A DNA stretch of 47,878 nt, filler included, from an uncultured virus (IMG/VR IMGVR_UViG_2512564001_000010) (6 parts of one record of this genome joined end to end with filler, not necessarily neighbours in it), one strand, 5' to 3'; positions 30,123 through 40,808 are shown, numbered from the whole stretch's first letter. The notes: generated from the sequence alone by a model not told the origin. A program made the numbers and translations.

Positions 30123-30395
30123 TCAGCGACTTTTGTAAGGTAAAAATGAATGCGAATGACAGCCATATCCTCCGTGAATACGGTCAAGTTCACTATCCCA
30201 AATTCCCTTAGTGGGTAGCGTTAGCTCCAAAATTCCACATATTTTAGCTATTTCATCAAACGTTATCTCAAACTTCCTATTAGTTATACCCTGGTAAACA
30301 CCCATACCTATATATTTAATATCACTTACCACGCCCCCACTGTTTATTACTTTCTGGATTATTTCTTTTAATTCATTAATAGTATTTTGATTCAT
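30123..30395 (-). CDS. Hypothetical AT-rich protein inserted in the head operon
   Basis: 90 aa; visibly lower GC than the flanking head genes. Confidence 0.55.
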   Translation of the reverse strand: MNQNTINELKEIIQKVINSGGVVSDIKYIGMGVYQGITNRKFEITFDEIAKICGILELTLPTKGIWDSELDRIHGGYGCHSHSFLPYKSR

Positions 30396-30437
30396 GTCTG
30401 ATTCTCAAATTATCCGTTGTGCTTAGCGACGATGGTG

Positions 30438-31193
30438 TTAACTGTCAGAAAAAGAGACTTCACAATAACAGCGGCAATTGGGTAGCGCACCCGCGTGCCC
30501 TATCATCCCGTCAAGTGTGGGTGGGTTATGCCAATCAATAAATTGACCTTCCAGTTTTTTATGCGAATGGCGTACATCACCATCATTAGCCGTGCGCCAG
30601 ATATAGCCTGTTGAGCCTATCGCTAATGCTCTAGATTGTGTCAGTGCTTGTGTTGCCCGACCTAACTCGGTGCGAGCTATCATTTTTGCCCGCGATGCCG
30701 TCACATTGCCGGAATTCGTTATCATTGCGGTAAAATGTTCAGGGCGCTCGCCGTTCACCACCGCTTCAATCGCTCTGTTTTGGATATCGTAGACTCTATC
30801 GGCGGCATCCATTGGCAGCGATTTAATGTACTTGATTTGCTCATGTACAATGGATTGCATGACATCACCAACCGGTGCTTGGGCAATTAACCGCTTAAGC
30901 TCTCGGCTCATTTCATGGCTATTTTTCTGCCACAATCTCGCATTATCTTGTGATACCGTGTCGACAAATTTTGTCGCTACCCGCCTTGCCCAACTCTCGA
31001 TAAGTTCGCTGTAATCCGCTAATGCTTGCTGAATGTCTAGCACCGAATCATTCGAACCGTCATAGCGTTGATTGATGATAGCCCCAATTTCGCGGGCAAC
31101 TTGACTAAGGCTCGTTCGATATTGGGTTTCCGCCCGTTTTGACCGTTGGTGCGTGGACAGCACTGAGCCTTGGCGGTACTTCTTCTTCCGCAT
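30438..31193 (-). CDS. Head morphogenesis protein (SPP1 gp7 / Mu gpF family); start uncertain
   Basis: RAKMIARTE, YIWRTANDGDVRHSH, PNCRCY. Confidence 0.9.
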   Translation of the reverse strand: MRKKKYRQGSVLSTHQRSKRAETQYRTSLSQVAREIGAIINQRYDGSNDSVLDIQQALADYSELIESWARRVATKFVDTVSQDNARLWQKNSHEMSRELKRLIAQAPVGDVMQSIVHEQIKYIKSLPMDAADRVYDIQNRAIEAVVNGERPEHFTAMITNSGNVTASRAKMIARTELGRATQALTQSRALAIGSTGYIWRTANDGDVRHSHKKLEGQFIDWHNPPTLDGMIGHAGALPNCRCYCEVSFSDS

Positions 31194-32502
31194 TCGCTAT
31201 GTCCTCATCGGTGATGGTACTGCCAATACTGATAACATCGGACAAATCCCGTAGCGACGACATGGCCGCTTTTATTGACAGCATGCCTCCATCCTGCGCG
31301 GCATTGAGCGCATTAATCATGTTAACCGCGACGGTAGACTTATCCATGTCTGACATTTGCCACAGCGGATTAAAGGCAAACGTAAAATCCTCGGGTAACG
31401 GTTTACCTAATACCGATTGATGCGCTATCTCAAAGAGCTTTCGTAACGGTTGCTTAAGTCGCCTTGATTGTTGCGTGGCGATATTATCGTAGTAATTGGC
31501 TAAATCCGCATCGCCGGTATTAAACCCTGAGGGCGATTGACCAAACAGACGAACCAGTGGAATACCGGTTGCCCCACTAATTTGTTCAGCAAAACGCGCC
31601 AGCACACTATCTAATCCTGAAAAGGAATAGCTATGCGTTTCAAAGTCATCGTCCGTATCCATCAGCGTCATCCCTTCGTTGCTCTGGTACTGACGTATCA
31701 TGTCCATGTGCTTCATCAGCGATTCGTATGGCTTGCCGCCAAAACCGATGATTTCACGGAGCTTATTCACTTTGAAGGTTCGTAAATGCGCTTTATACAC
31801 CAATTGCGCAATACCGGTTGTGGTGCTATCAAAGGCGGTTAACCGGTCGAAGATACGCTCAATGACCGACATGCCCCACTCATTCTCCGTTTTGGCCTGC
31901 TGATAAGGGAGCGTCACTCCATCAAAACGGATCAGGCGGCTGTGATGCACTCGCCAGGCGGGGATGCCGTTCTCAACGGTCACCATGTCGTAGAATTCGG
32001 GTTTCCCTAAGTCCTTGCTTAAGGTTTTGATACGCCGGTTCAAATCGGGGTTAACCTGCCAACGATCTAACGGTAAAATGCCTTTGAATTTACCTTGCCC
32101 TATCGTCTCGACGCGCAAGGGGGTTGAAGGCGCTTGCCCTTCAATCAGAATAAGCCCTAATGCGCCGCCGTAGAGCCGTGACCACTTGATCGCGTTATTG
32201 AGGCTCTCCCAGATTTCCAGTTCGTCAAACAATGATTCGATTGCACCTTTATCGCTCGACTCCATTTGTGAGGTGATCCGCACGCCTTTTCGGGTCATAT
32301 CATCGGCGACGGTATCAACGGCGTCACCAATTATCCATGACGAGCGGTAAGCATACTCCAGTAATAACCGGTTCCGACTTGTCCAATCAGGGCGATAAGT
32401 CGAATCCGCATGTTGATTGGGGGTTTGCATCCCGACTCGGGCGGTGAAATTCTCATAGCCGTCAACGGTTTTTTGAGAGTGTGATTTTTTCTTTTTTTTC
32501 AT
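31105..32502 (-). CDS. Portal protein (DUF1073-like)
   Basis: [42 protein letters not shown]. Confidence 0.88.
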   Translation of the reverse strand: MKKKKKSHSQKTVDGYENFTARVGMQTPNQHADSTYRPDWTSRNRLLLEYAYRSSWIIGDAVDTVADDMTRKGVRITSQMESSDKGAIESLFDELEIWESLNNAIKWSRLYGGALGLILIEGQAPSTPLRVETIGQGKFKGILPLDRWQVNPDLNRRIKTLSKDLGKPEFYDMVTVENGIPAWRVHHSRLIRFDGVTLPYQQAKTENEWGMSVIERIFDRLTAFDSTTTGIAQLVYKAHLRTFKVNKLREIIGFGGKPYESLMKHMDMIRQYQSNEGMTLMDTDDDFETHSYSFSGLDSVLARFAEQISGATGIPLVRLFGQSPSGFNTGDADLANYYDNIATQQSRRLKQPLRKLFEIAHQSVLGKPLPEDFTFAFNPLWQMSDMDKSTVAVNMINALNAAQDGGMLSIKAAMSSLRDLSDVISIGSTITDEDIANAEEEVPPRLSAVHAPTVKTGGNPISNEP

Positions 32503-34121
32503 GCGCTCCTGCCCAGTAGTGACCAAATTTCAAGTGCCGTGTTCATCGGGGCAAAACTAATCATCACTGAATCGGCCAGATTCGGTGACTTTGTCCCATC
32601 CGGTTGTTTATCAATCACAATTTTTCCCATCGCGTTAATGGAATAGGTTGGCTGCGATAATTCAACGATGAGTTTGTCTTTAAGTCGCATACTGCCATTA
32701 ATTGCGATGATTTCATCCGGTTTGAAGGGTTGCTTTTCCACCACCGCACGATAGACATTTTGAAAGCGTTTGCGTAAATGCCACCAACTTTGTGCTTTGG
32801 CATTGGCGAAAAAATCCTTGTTTAATCGTGCATTCTGTCCATCAAATCCGGCGATCGCTTCTTTGTCTGGGTCAAATACCCCACCACTGCCACGAAACGG
32901 CACGGCGTCAATACGTGCGGCTCTTTTTTGTCTGCGCTGGTCATTGATAATTCTCGCGTCCCCGCGCACACCAGCTCCTAATCCATCTTCATCAAAACGA
33001 AAGCTCTCAAGCTGATACTTATCCGCTAACTGAAAAACGTTCTCAACGCTGCCAAAAATATCACTGCCTTTTCCTGACCATTCCTCAATGCCTTCCAGCA
33101 AGAAGCCGTGACGCCAAGAAAAAGCATTCTTGTCTCTGCCCTCATCCGCCACATCAAAGGCGCCCAGGCGGATACCGGTTGGGGTAATGCCAAGTTTCGT
33201 GTGGGCATCAATCGCCGCCTGTACCCATTCAGCCGGAATCAACACACCTTCTGCAGAAGCGGAGTAATTCAAATCAAGCTCTTGGGCAACGATGACAGGG
33301 TTATCAATTTTCTGGCATTCCTTTTCATACCACGCATCATCTTTGCGTGGGTCGCTGCGCCAGTGAAAGCTAAAAACCGGAATGCGGCCACTATGACGTT
33401 TTTGGGCAAAAGGATTAGTCATGCCATTAACCGAGCTTAAATCAATCCGGCATCGTGTGGTTTGGGACAAGGCGGCATCAATCAATAATGGTCGAGGAAG
33501 GAATGCGGATTCATCGACAAAATAGATTGTCGTACGGTCACCTCGTCCAATATTATCACCCGCTTCACCCTTGATAATCGCCCTGGTGTTTGGAAAGTTG
33601 ACCCGCATGTAGGGAGCGTGTTTTTTTGCATCCCATCCGCCCCGAAACTCACGAGGCAACGTTTCCACAAATTTACGCGCTTTCCAAAATAAGGCTTTTG
33701 GATCGGTGGTGCTGTCTACGTACTCCTCCTTGCGAGAACCAAAGCCAATCACCATTTCTTTGGTAAATAGACACAAAGAGCACGCCAGTGCAATTGAAGT
33801 CCAACTTAACCCTATTTCGCGGCTTTTTTCGGTGAGACCGTTTTCCCGCTGCCGCCATCGGTTCATTATCCATTCAATCCATTCCTCCTGTTTGGGAAAC
33901 AGTAAAAACGGGATCGTGACCGGTAGCCCATAATCGATATTGCGTGGGTCTGTGGTCATACCCCAGTCAATAATAAACTGCGCGGGATTTTCCTTATAAA
34001 ATCGGGTTAACGGTTTAAGACTTTCCGGCTGATCACGAAGACGCTTTAATCTTTCAGCGCGCCACTCAAACACCTGGACATAATCCGGCTTTTTAAAGTC
34101 AAAAGGGAACGGTAATGGCAT
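32499..34121 (-). CDS. terL: Terminase large subunit
   Basis: [17 protein letters not shown] (Walker B), [15 protein letters not shown]. Confidence 0.92.
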   Translation of the reverse strand: MPLPFPFDFKKPDYVQVFEWRAERLKRLRDQPESLKPLTRFYKENPAQFIIDWGMTTDPRNIDYGLPVTIPFLLFPKQEEWIEWIMNRWRQRENGLTEKSREIGLSWTSIALACSLCLFTKEMVIGFGSRKEEYVDSTTDPKALFWKARKFVETLPREFRGGWDAKKHAPYMRVNFPNTRAIIKGEAGDNIGRGDRTTIYFVDESAFLPRPLLIDAALSQTTRCRIDLSSVNGMTNPFAQKRHSGRIPVFSFHWRSDPRKDDAWYEKECQKIDNPVIVAQELDLNYSASAEGVLIPAEWVQAAIDAHTKLGITPTGIRLGAFDVADEGRDKNAFSWRHGFLLEGIEEWSGKGSDIFGSVENVFQLADKYQLESFRFDEDGLGAGVRGDARIINDQRRQKRAARIDAVPFRGSGGVFDPDKEAIAGFDGQNARLNKDFFANAKAQSWWHLRKRFQNVYRAVVEKQPFKPDEIIAINGSMRLKDKLIVELSQPTYSINAMGKIVIDKQPDGTKSPNLADSVMISFAPMNTALEIWSLLGRSA

Positions 34122-34283
34122 AGAGATTTGTCCAGAAAAAAGCGAGTTAAAAAAATATATCGCACATAACTGCGTACATAAAAAATATAAAACAGGAATT
34201 TAATTTACATAAGATATTGATATTAATGTATTATATTTATATAAATATTATTCTTCACAAAATAGGTTAGCTATTTTAGCCCT

Positions 34284-35018
34284 TCAACCCATCAATTTTT
34301 TATAGGCTTCTGCCGCCTGTTCGGGGGTCATGTCATGGGTGATTAATTCAACCTGGCTCTGTGAAGTTCCTGAATGTTCTATTTTCTGTTTATTGGTATA
34401 CGCGTCACCGCATTCTTTAGCTGCTTGCTCTATCATTTGCGCGGTGAGTAAAAAATTATCCATCGACTCTGTTCGAATCGCCATGCGGTTTAGCACCCGC
34501 AGTCGATACGCTTTATTGGCAATAGGAATATCACTAATCTCTTTTTTGAATCGCTCTCGCGTGAAGTGAAAGAGATCAACCCATTTTTGACCAAGGCTTT
34601 TTCCAATCGCTTTTGTGGGGTCATAGGAAGATACCTGTTGTACGGTGAGCGTTAATCCAAATTCCAGTTTCANNNNNNNNNNNNNNNNNNNNNNNNNNNN
34701 NNNNNNNNNNNNNNNNNNNNNNNNNNNNNNNNNNNNNNNNNNNNNNNNNNNNNNNNNNNNNNNNNNNNNNNNNNNNNNNNNNNNNNNNNNNNNNNNNNNN
34801 NNNNNNNNNNNNNNNNNNNNNNNNNNNNNNNNNNNNNNNNNNNNNNNNNNNNNNNNNNNNNNNNNNNNNNNNNNNNNNNNNNNNNNNNNNNNNNNNNNNN
34901 NNNNNNNNNNNNNNNNNNNNNNNNNNNNNNNNNCCTGTTTGAGCACTTGCGTTGGGCTATCGAAACAGGCTAACGACTGCACGATGAAGGCCTTAACCTC
35001 TGGAGATAATGCCGCCAT
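34284..35018 (-). CDS. terS: Terminase small subunit (DUF2280-like), interrupted by an N gap
   Basis: MAALSPEVKAFIVQSLACFD...YDPTK...IPIANKAYRL...EQAAKE. Confidence 0.85.
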   Translation of the reverse strand: MAALSPEVKAFIVQSLACFDSPTQVLKQXXXXXXXXXXXXXXXXXXXXXXXXXXXXXXXXXXXXXXXXXXXXXXXXXXXXXXXXXXXXXXXXXXXXXXXXXXXXXXXXXXXXXXXXKLEFGLTLTVQQVSSYDPTKAIGKSLGQKWVDLFHFTRERFKKEISDIPIANKAYRLRVLNRMAIRTESMDNFLLTAQMIEQAAKECGDAYTNKQKIEHSGTSQSQVELITHDMTPEQAAEAYKKLMG

Positions 35019-35087
35019 TGGTTACCCCTCCTACTAAGTTAATATAATTTATTTTGCTTAATTTCAATCGACAACACGCTTATTGAT

Positions 35088-35537
35088 TCATTGACACTGT
35101 GTCTTGATGTACTGCTGTAAATATTCCGTCTGTTTTTCGTTCTCAATCATCATCTTTCTGAGACGGAAATAATCTTGTCGAGCTGCTTCGCTAAATTGTG
35201 AGGTGGCTTCATCATATCGGCTCTTGGCGGTAGTGGTTTTGGGTGCACCACACACGGCATTGACGCGCAACCGCTGAGTGCCAGCGCGAACAGCATCATG
35301 CAGCTTATCCAGTTCAGCGTTGGCATTATTGAGTTTCTCAGTCTGTTGAATGTCGAGTTGGTGCAAAGCATCGATTTTTTGCTGCTGTAATTTCACCGCT
35401 TCAATTTGTGCGTGATATTCCTGTTTTAGCGTGTGGTATTGTGTTTTCAGATTTTTGTAGTTTGATAAGACAACGCTGAGATAAATCATCAATCCAACAA
35501 TGATTATCAAGATGGGTGTGACAGGTCTCCATAACAT
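35088..35537 (-). CDS. Rz-like inner membrane spanin
   Basis: N-terminal TM segment, coiled coil, RLRVNAVC, YLQQYI..QC. Confidence 0.88.
   Translation of the reverse strand: MLWRPVTPILIIIVGLMIYLSVVLSNYKNLKTQYHTLKQEYHAQIEAVKLQQQKIDALHQLDIQQTEKLNNANAELDKLHDAVRAGTQRLRVNAVCGAPKTTTAKSRYDEATSQFSEAARQDYFRLRKMMIENEKQTEYLQQYIKTQCQ
35150..35326 (-). CDS. Rz1-like outer membrane lipoprotein spanin (nested)
   Basis: Signal peptide with lipobox LSGC, Pro-rich, in an alternative frame inside Rz. Confidence 0.82.
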   Translation of the reverse strand: MPTLNWISCMMLFALALSGCASMPCVVHPKPLPPRADMMKPPHNLAKQLDKIISVSER

Positions 35538-35989
35538 ATTACGCTCTCAATTTCCCGCCGGGTCATTAACCCTTTCCATTTTCTACCATCAACATGAACC
35601 CATCGTCTCATTTCATCACAAGCGCCTTTTCGGTCATCAGCGTTGAGCTTTTTGAGTAATGTCGATTTAGTAAAATTCCCCACGCCCACGTTGTAGGCGA
35701 ATGAGTAAAGGGCTGCCTGAGTCAGTGTATTGATATTGACCTTAACCAGTGGGTCAACATAGCGCTTAACTGCGTTCAAATCGTCATCAAGCCACTTATC
35801 ACAGTCTTCTTTGGTATACGTCCGGTTACGTTCAATATCGTTGCCTGTGTGCCCGTAGCAAACAGAAAGCACACCGCCACCATCGAAATAGGGCTTAAGT
35901 CTCAACCCTTCGAAATGCGTTATCATGCTTGATGCCAGAAACAACGCGCTACCGCCTGTTGCCATCAATATTTTTTTCGGTATCTTCAT
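35507..35989 (-). CDS. SAR endolysin (GH24 lysozyme)
   Basis: Weakly hydrophobic N-terminus, FEGLRLKPYFDGGGVLSVCYGHT, YNVG, GLMTRR. Confidence 0.93.
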   Translation of the reverse strand: MKIPKKILMATGGSALFLASSMITHFEGLRLKPYFDGGGVLSVCYGHTGNDIERNRTYTKEDCDKWLDDDLNAVKRYVDPLVKVNINTLTQAALYSFAYNVGVGNFTKSTLLKKLNADDRKGACDEMRRWVHVDGRKWKGLMTRREIESVICYGDLSHPS

Positions 35990-36191
35990 ACTGACGCTCT
36001 TTGAGTTTGTACTCCTTTTTGCGGTAGTACACGTTGATAAAAAATGTCCCTATCGTGCAGCCGATACCCATCACCGCAACCCACTGGTCAAGGGTTAAAA
36101 AATCAAAAATCGTTGTTGTAACGCCCCCGATGGTGGTCATGATGCCCCACAGATAGGCAGCCGGTGTTGAGTATTTTTCTGACATGCGCAT
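35949..36191 (-). CDS. Class II (pin)holin with dual start M-R-M
   Basis: Two hydrophobic segments, basic tail YYRKKE; ATGs at 36191 and 36185. Confidence 0.85.
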   Translation of the reverse strand: MRMSEKYSTPAAYLWGIMTTIGGVTTTIFDFLTLDQWVAVMGIGCTIGTFFINVYYRKKEYKLKERQYEDTEKNIDGNRR

Positions 36192-36285
36192 ATACCCTCC
36201 CACTGAGGGTTCCATTGCTTTAAATTAAACAGGGAGCCAACCGCCTTACTCGTTTAGGCTATTGAACTGTCTTTTGCGGTGGCGT

Positions 36286-36312
36286 AAAACAAAAAACCTC
36301 GCAAAAGCGAGG
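36286..36312 (-). terminator. Late-leader terminator (tR'-like)
   Basis: CCTCGC/GCGAGG hairpin plus T-run between Q and holin. Confidence 0.7.
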
Positions 36313-36389
36313 CTAGCAAAATTTAATTCATTGAGGTTTTAGTTATCAGCGTACATCTCTGCTGGACACAAAAATTCATCTTGGGCACT

Positions 36390-36821
36390 TTAGCATACCT
36401 TTTGCGGCCGCACTAGTGTTTGATAACCGTTTGTATGATATTTGTACAATATGTCGATATCTAATTGAATATCAAGGGTTTCTAGGCATCCCAAAATAAA
36501 TCCTTCCGCAATTTGCATTCTTTTTCGCACCTCATCCTCGCGTACCGCAAACTTTCGCGCAATAGCACGCTTCGATATCCCCTTGATGTAATAATCCTCA
36601 ATGTAACTCAGCTCTCTCGCCATACCCACCGTGTTAAGGCGACTGACGCACACATCAATCACCAACCCGTCCGCATCACTGCACGATAAGCGATTTGCGC
36701 CTGTAAACGGCATGAAACGATTAAAGCCGGATGCCACCGGCAACCAGCTCACCGAGGCATACGGATTACCTGCACACCAACCGCCCCAGTGGAGTAGTAT
36801 TTTCTCGATGTCTCTGCTCAT
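36390..36821 (-). CDS. Late antiterminator Q
   Basis: MSRDIEKILLHWGGW...CSDADGL...ISKRAIA...AEGFILGCL. Confidence 0.9.
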   Translation of the reverse strand: MSRDIEKILLHWGGWCAGNPYASVSWLPVASGFNRFMPFTGANRLSCSDADGLVIDVCVSRLNTVGMARELSYIEDYYIKGISKRAIARKFAVREDEVRKRMQIAEGFILGCLETLDIQLDIDILYKYHTNGYQTLVRPQKVC

Positions 36822-36869
36822 GATCTTTTCGCTCCTGTTGTGAACGGGAATATTTCTTCTTTACCCCAG

Positions 36870-37040
36870 CAAGACAACCAAGACAACCTATTTCTATTAA
36901 TACTTTTTAAGGACACATATTACTAGCGCGCGTATTGGTTTCAAAAAAGGTTGTCTTGGTTGTCTTGGTTGTCTTACGCCTTTAAAATCAATTAGTTAAA
37001 CAAGACAACCTAATTAACCTAGGTTGTCTTGGTTGTCTTG
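36870..37040. repeat. Iteron cluster, probable replication origin
   Basis: Eight 9-bp CAAGACAAC/GTTGTCTTG units (one with a 1-nt mismatch) in alternating orientation plus IHF-like AATCAATTAGTTA (36986-36998), at the 3' end of the primase-helicase. Confidence 0.75.
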
Positions 37041-39269
37041 TTTTGGTGAAAAAACGCGCGTTTGGATGCCATTAATATAAATTCTTTCCGTTTTATACCC
37101 ACAATTTTGTAAAACATTGCCAATGCGCATTTGTTCCCGTCGCGATATATTTTTTGGTTCAAGGTTCAGAGCTTCACGCAAAATATCCGCTGTGCGTAAA
37201 AATTGCCGTGCCCGTGGTTTTTGTCCGGTCATTAAATCCGGTTCATCTAACCAACGCTCGATAATTTCCTGCCATGCATCTTTGATAAAATATTTTTCAT
37301 GTACCTGATTAGCCAACTGCTCTGCTTCTTGAAATTGAATACCGGTTGCGTTAAATAGTTCGCGCGCTTCTGCCCAAAACTGAATCACATCCTTTTTGAT
37401 ACCTTCTACATCCATTTTCCCAACTTCAACAGGCAGCCAACGCCGATTACCGGTTTTATCGCCTAAAAATTCATCTTCATTCGTAGTACCAATACTCAAT
37501 GAGCGTCTAGGAAATTGGGTGGCGAATTCTTTAAACTTGGGGATCCACTTTTCATGTGTCCGCGTGACAAAGGCCTTGATGGATTCCAGTTCTTTAGTAT
37601 TAAGTCCGCGTAATTCGCTAATTTCTGCCACCAGACAGCCTCGCATCTTACGCGCCAGATCATCATCTTTTTCAGCAAATGAAATTTCAGTGAAAAAAGC
37701 CGGATCAGGGGATAACGCCGCCACGCCAGAAGATTTCCCAGAACCTTGTGCACCCACCAAGATCGGCACCATATCCGCTTTGATACCTGGCTTTAACACG
37801 CGTCCCGCAAGGGCTGTCCACATATAGCGCGATACCGCACGCGTATAAGCGCTATCCTCAGTGCCAAAATGGGTATGATAAAACCTTTCGATACGCGGTA
37901 TGCCGTCCCATTTGAGGCTTTTTATCCATTCCATGGCGGAATCAAAGGGGTTTTCATCCGCTGCCAGTAATACCACATCACGAATTAATTCACGTCCAAC
38001 CGCTTTAAACCCTCGCTTTTCCATTGTGATACGCAATCGGGAATAATCGACATCAGTAAAGGTTTGCCACGCTTTAGTGCCAACAGGGGCAAACATGATC
38101 TCATCTCGGAAAGTATCAAACCGAATTTCTACCCCGACAAAATCAGGGCACATAACCGCTTTAGCTGCGTTGTCAATGGTGGCTTCTATTTGTCCTGACG
38201 TTTTATTGCGTTTAAATGTAGGCCATTTTGAATTTTCAGTAGGGTCTGTTAGATCGTCAAACTCATCAATTGTAGCAACCGCAGTTTTCAATCGCGCTGT
38301 CCCGGGATTTACCCATCCTGCTTTTTGCGCTAAACTGAATATCGCTTGATAGCCTGTTCTTTCGGCACGTAGCTCAGGCCATTTGGCTTCTGCAGCGGAT
38401 ATGTCTCCTTTATCGACGGCAGAAGACCAATCAAGCCACATCTTTTTAGCTTCATCTTCAAAGTGTGTGTCTTTAAACCAGGCGAGGCGATTGCCCATAT
38501 CCACCCATGAAGGGTAGTTCTCAGCCTGGTTTAACATTTTCGGATACCATAGTGCTGAACGTAAATCTTCAAACGTCTGGTCATTGATATTTTGCAAATC
38601 GACTAAACGGGTTAGATCGTCATTATCGGGCGTAGGGAGATCAACCTGCTCAATAACAGGCGTATTATCCGAGGCTAAAAGCGTATCTACATCAACCACG
38701 GTACCTTCAAAACTTTCGTATTTAGCCCCTTCATGAGGAGCAAAAACCATATGCGAAGGCTCATAGACTGAGCGATCCCACTTAATCGCCAGATCACTAA
38801 GCAATTCGAAACAATCCATCAACTCCTGCTCAATCCGTGAGCCAAGTGTTTTGTACTCTAATGCAGTCACCTCACGGGATAACAAAAAACCAATACGCCA
38901 GCGTTGCTCACCCTGCGCAACAGGATGTTCATGGCTTGCGGTGGTATAGGCAAAACATTGATAAAATCGGAGAATGCCTGTAAGCATTTCCCACGCATCC
39001 AAGGTACACCCATCCATGTCAAGCCATAACACGCTGCGGTTACCCGCATTAAGCGCATTACGCCCTTTTTTGGCATTTTTCATCGCACCCCAGATATAAT
39101 TAAGGGCTTTTTTCTTTTTGTCGAAAATGGCTTTGGTATCGGTTGGACTAATATTAATAGGTTTGGTTAATTTTTTTATCGCCTGCTGATACTCGGCAAA
39201 AGAGCCAGCAACAGCAGGACTCGGGCGCTGATCAGTAACACTACGCCCGACAGAATAATTTATTTGCAT
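37014..39269 (-). CDS. Primase-helicase (PriCT-2 + VapE), APSE P3-like
   Basis: WLDMDG, YTTASH, W..WS..KW (PriCT-2), GAQGSGKSS, GTTN, TGNRRWLP. Confidence 0.9.
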   Translation of the reverse strand: MQINYSVGRSVTDQRPSPAVAGSFAEYQQAIKKLTKPINISPTDTKAIFDKKKKALNYIWGAMKNAKKGRNALNAGNRSVLWLDMDGCTLDAWEMLTGILRFYQCFAYTTASHEHPVAQGEQRWRIGFLLSREVTALEYKTLGSRIEQELMDCFELLSDLAIKWDRSVYEPSHMVFAPHEGAKYESFEGTVVDVDTLLASDNTPVIEQVDLPTPDNDDLTRLVDLQNINDQTFEDLRSALWYPKMLNQAENYPSWVDMGNRLAWFKDTHFEDEAKKMWLDWSSAVDKGDISAAEAKWPELRAERTGYQAIFSLAQKAGWVNPGTARLKTAVATIDEFDDLTDPTENSKWPTFKRNKTSGQIEATIDNAAKAVMCPDFVGVEIRFDTFRDEIMFAPVGTKAWQTFTDVDYSRLRITMEKRGFKAVGRELIRDVVLLAADENPFDSAMEWIKSLKWDGIPRIERFYHTHFGTEDSAYTRAVSRYMWTALAGRVLKPGIKADMVPILVGAQGSGKSSGVAALSPDPAFFTEISFAEKDDDLARKMRGCLVAEISELRGLNTKELESIKAFVTRTHEKWIPKFKEFATQFPRRSLSIGTTNEDEFLGDKTGNRRWLPVEVGKMDVEGIKKDVIQFWAEARELFNATGIQFQEAEQLANQVHEKYFIKDAWQEIIERWLDEPDLMTGQKPRARQFLRTADILREALNLEPKNISRREQMRIGNVLQNCGYKTERIYINGIQTRVFSPKQDNQDNLG

Positions 39270-39272
39270 GGG

Positions 39273-39494
39273 TTATTTGGCCTTAGTGTTTGAAGCAGCT
39301 ACCTGTGCATTTTTAGAATTTTTTGCCTCAAGATATAAACTTTCTATAGCTTTCAAAACAGAAATACGAGGATCAGAATTTTTACCAGATAAAAGCCTAC
39401 TGATTGATGGCTGACTAATACCTGTTTTTTGTTGGATTTGTATTTGAGTTAAACCTGAATTAATTAAGTATTCAATCATATTTTTGGGGGCCAT
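39273..39494 (-). CDS. Cro-like HTH protein
   Basis: GLTQIQIQQKTGISQPSISRLLSG; divergent from cI. Confidence 0.88.
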   Translation of the reverse strand: MAPKNMIEYLINSGLTQIQIQQKTGISQPSISRLLSGKNSDPRISVLKAIESLYLEAKNSKNAQVAASNTKAK

Positions 39495-39518
39495 TTTTCA
39501 CATTTCCTCACCTTATTA

Positions 39519-39602
39519 AATTCATCTATGAATTTATATTAATTCAATATTAAGTTGAAATCCATATTAAAATATTCGTATATAAATATTCATCTATGAA
39601 TA
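39519..39602. promoter_or_regulatory. OR-like operator array
   Basis: AATTCATCTATGAATT (39519-39534), TATTCGTATATAAATA (39573-39588), TATTCATCTATGAATA (39587-39602). Confidence 0.7.
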
Positions 39603-39613
39603 GTGAGGAAATT

Positions 39614-40288
39614 ATGATAAGCACACCTGACAGACTGATAAGAAATATACAAGTGCTAATGAAAGAGAAGGATATAGAAAATGTCACAGAATTAGCTCGT
39701 AGAACAAGAATACCACAGCCAACGATGCATAGATTAATTTCTGGAGAAATTAAAGAGCCTAAATATGCATTATTAAAACAGGTAGCATCTTATTTTAATA
39801 TCCCAGTTAGCGAACTAGTCGAAAAAGATATAGGAAGTAGTAAATTATCAAGCAATGTAATAAAGGCTGAAGAAAAATTTCAATTTAAAGCAATCCCAGT
39901 TTTAGGCAACGCACAATTAGGTAGTGAAGGTTATTGGGAAGCACTGGAATATCCTATAGGTTATGGTGACGGATATATAAATTGGCCAACAAAGGATCCT
40001 GATGCGTTTGCTCTAAAATGTACAGGAGATTCAATGAAACCGAGGATAAAAAACGGAGAATATGTAGTTATTGAGCCTAACCATACTTATTTGCCCGGAG
40101 ATGAAGTCTTCATTAAAACATCTGAGGGGGAAGCTATGGTTAAAACCTTCCTTTATGAAAGAGATGGGTTAATCGTTGTGATCTCAATAAACGAGAATCA
40201 CCCCCCGCTTCATTTTGATATAAATAAAATAGAAAAAATACTTTATGTTGGAGGAATCGCTAAACCTTCTCTTTATGATTGTTTATAG
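39614..40288 (+). CDS. CI-like repressor (HTH + S24 autopeptidase)
   Basis: ELARRTRIPQPTMHR, GDSMKP, AMVK; GAGG RBS before the ATG at 39614. Confidence 0.93.
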   Translation: MISTPDRLIRNIQVLMKEKDIENVTELARRTRIPQPTMHRLISGEIKEPKYALLKQVASYFNIPVSELVEKDIGSSKLSSNVIKAEEKFQFKAIPVLGNAQLGSEGYWEALEYPIGYGDGYINWPTKDPDAFALKCTGDSMKPRIKNGEYVVIEPNHTYLPGDEVFIKTSEGEAMVKTFLYERDGLIVVISINENHPPLHFDINKIEKILYVGGIAKPSLYDCL

Positions 40289-40336
40289 AGTTTTTTTTGT
40301 ATTTAATCCATCAAATCATAATTTTTTGACCTTAAT

Positions 40337-40437
40337 AATTCACATATGAATTGACATGACAAATAAATTCAATTATAAATTATATGAAAATAAAAATTCA
40401 GTTCAATATAAATAACTACTATTACGCTCTTTAACAA
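40337..40437 (+). promoter_or_regulatory. OL/PL-like promoter with boxA
   Basis: Operator AATTCACATATGAATT (40337-40352); TTGACA-17 bp-TATAAA; boxA CGCTCTTTAACAA (40425-40437). Confidence 0.78.
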
Positions 40438-40616
40438 TTTAGAAAGTCGGAATGTACAGCGCGTTATGTCTGTATGAGTGCAGTTATGCACGTTGCATTG
40501 AGTGCGATCCGCTCNNNNNNNNNNNNNNNNNNNNNNNNNNNNNNNNNNNNNNNNNNNNTTAATTAATTAANNNNNNNNNNNNNNNNNNNNNNNNNNNNNN
40601 NNNNNNNNNNNNNNAA

Positions 40617-40793
40617 AAATTGCTTAAAAAAGACAAACCGAGTCGCTGGGCAAAACTGGAAGCGCTTATTGAGCGAGCAGACGGTAAACCCGTCATCGCA
40701 CCAGAATCAGACCCAAGACCTGCCATTATTACTAACCCCTTAAACGACTTTGACGATGTGACCGAAGCAGCACTCGTTGATAAATCCATTTAA
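40617..40793 (+). CDS. C-terminal fragment of a DUF2800-like nuclease (rest in gap)
   Basis: W..LEALIERADGKPVIAPESDPRPAI...NDFDD; canonical position upstream of DUF2815. Confidence 0.7.
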   Translation, partial: KLLKKDKPSRWAKLEALIERADGKPVIAPESDPRPAIITNPLNDFDDVTEAALVDKSI

Positions 40794-40808
40794 TTAAAAG
40801 GTAACCCT

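Noticed and set aside
36216..36389. APSE-type toxin cassette
   Set aside because: Only a short leader with a terminator separates Q and holin; no toxin ORF is present.
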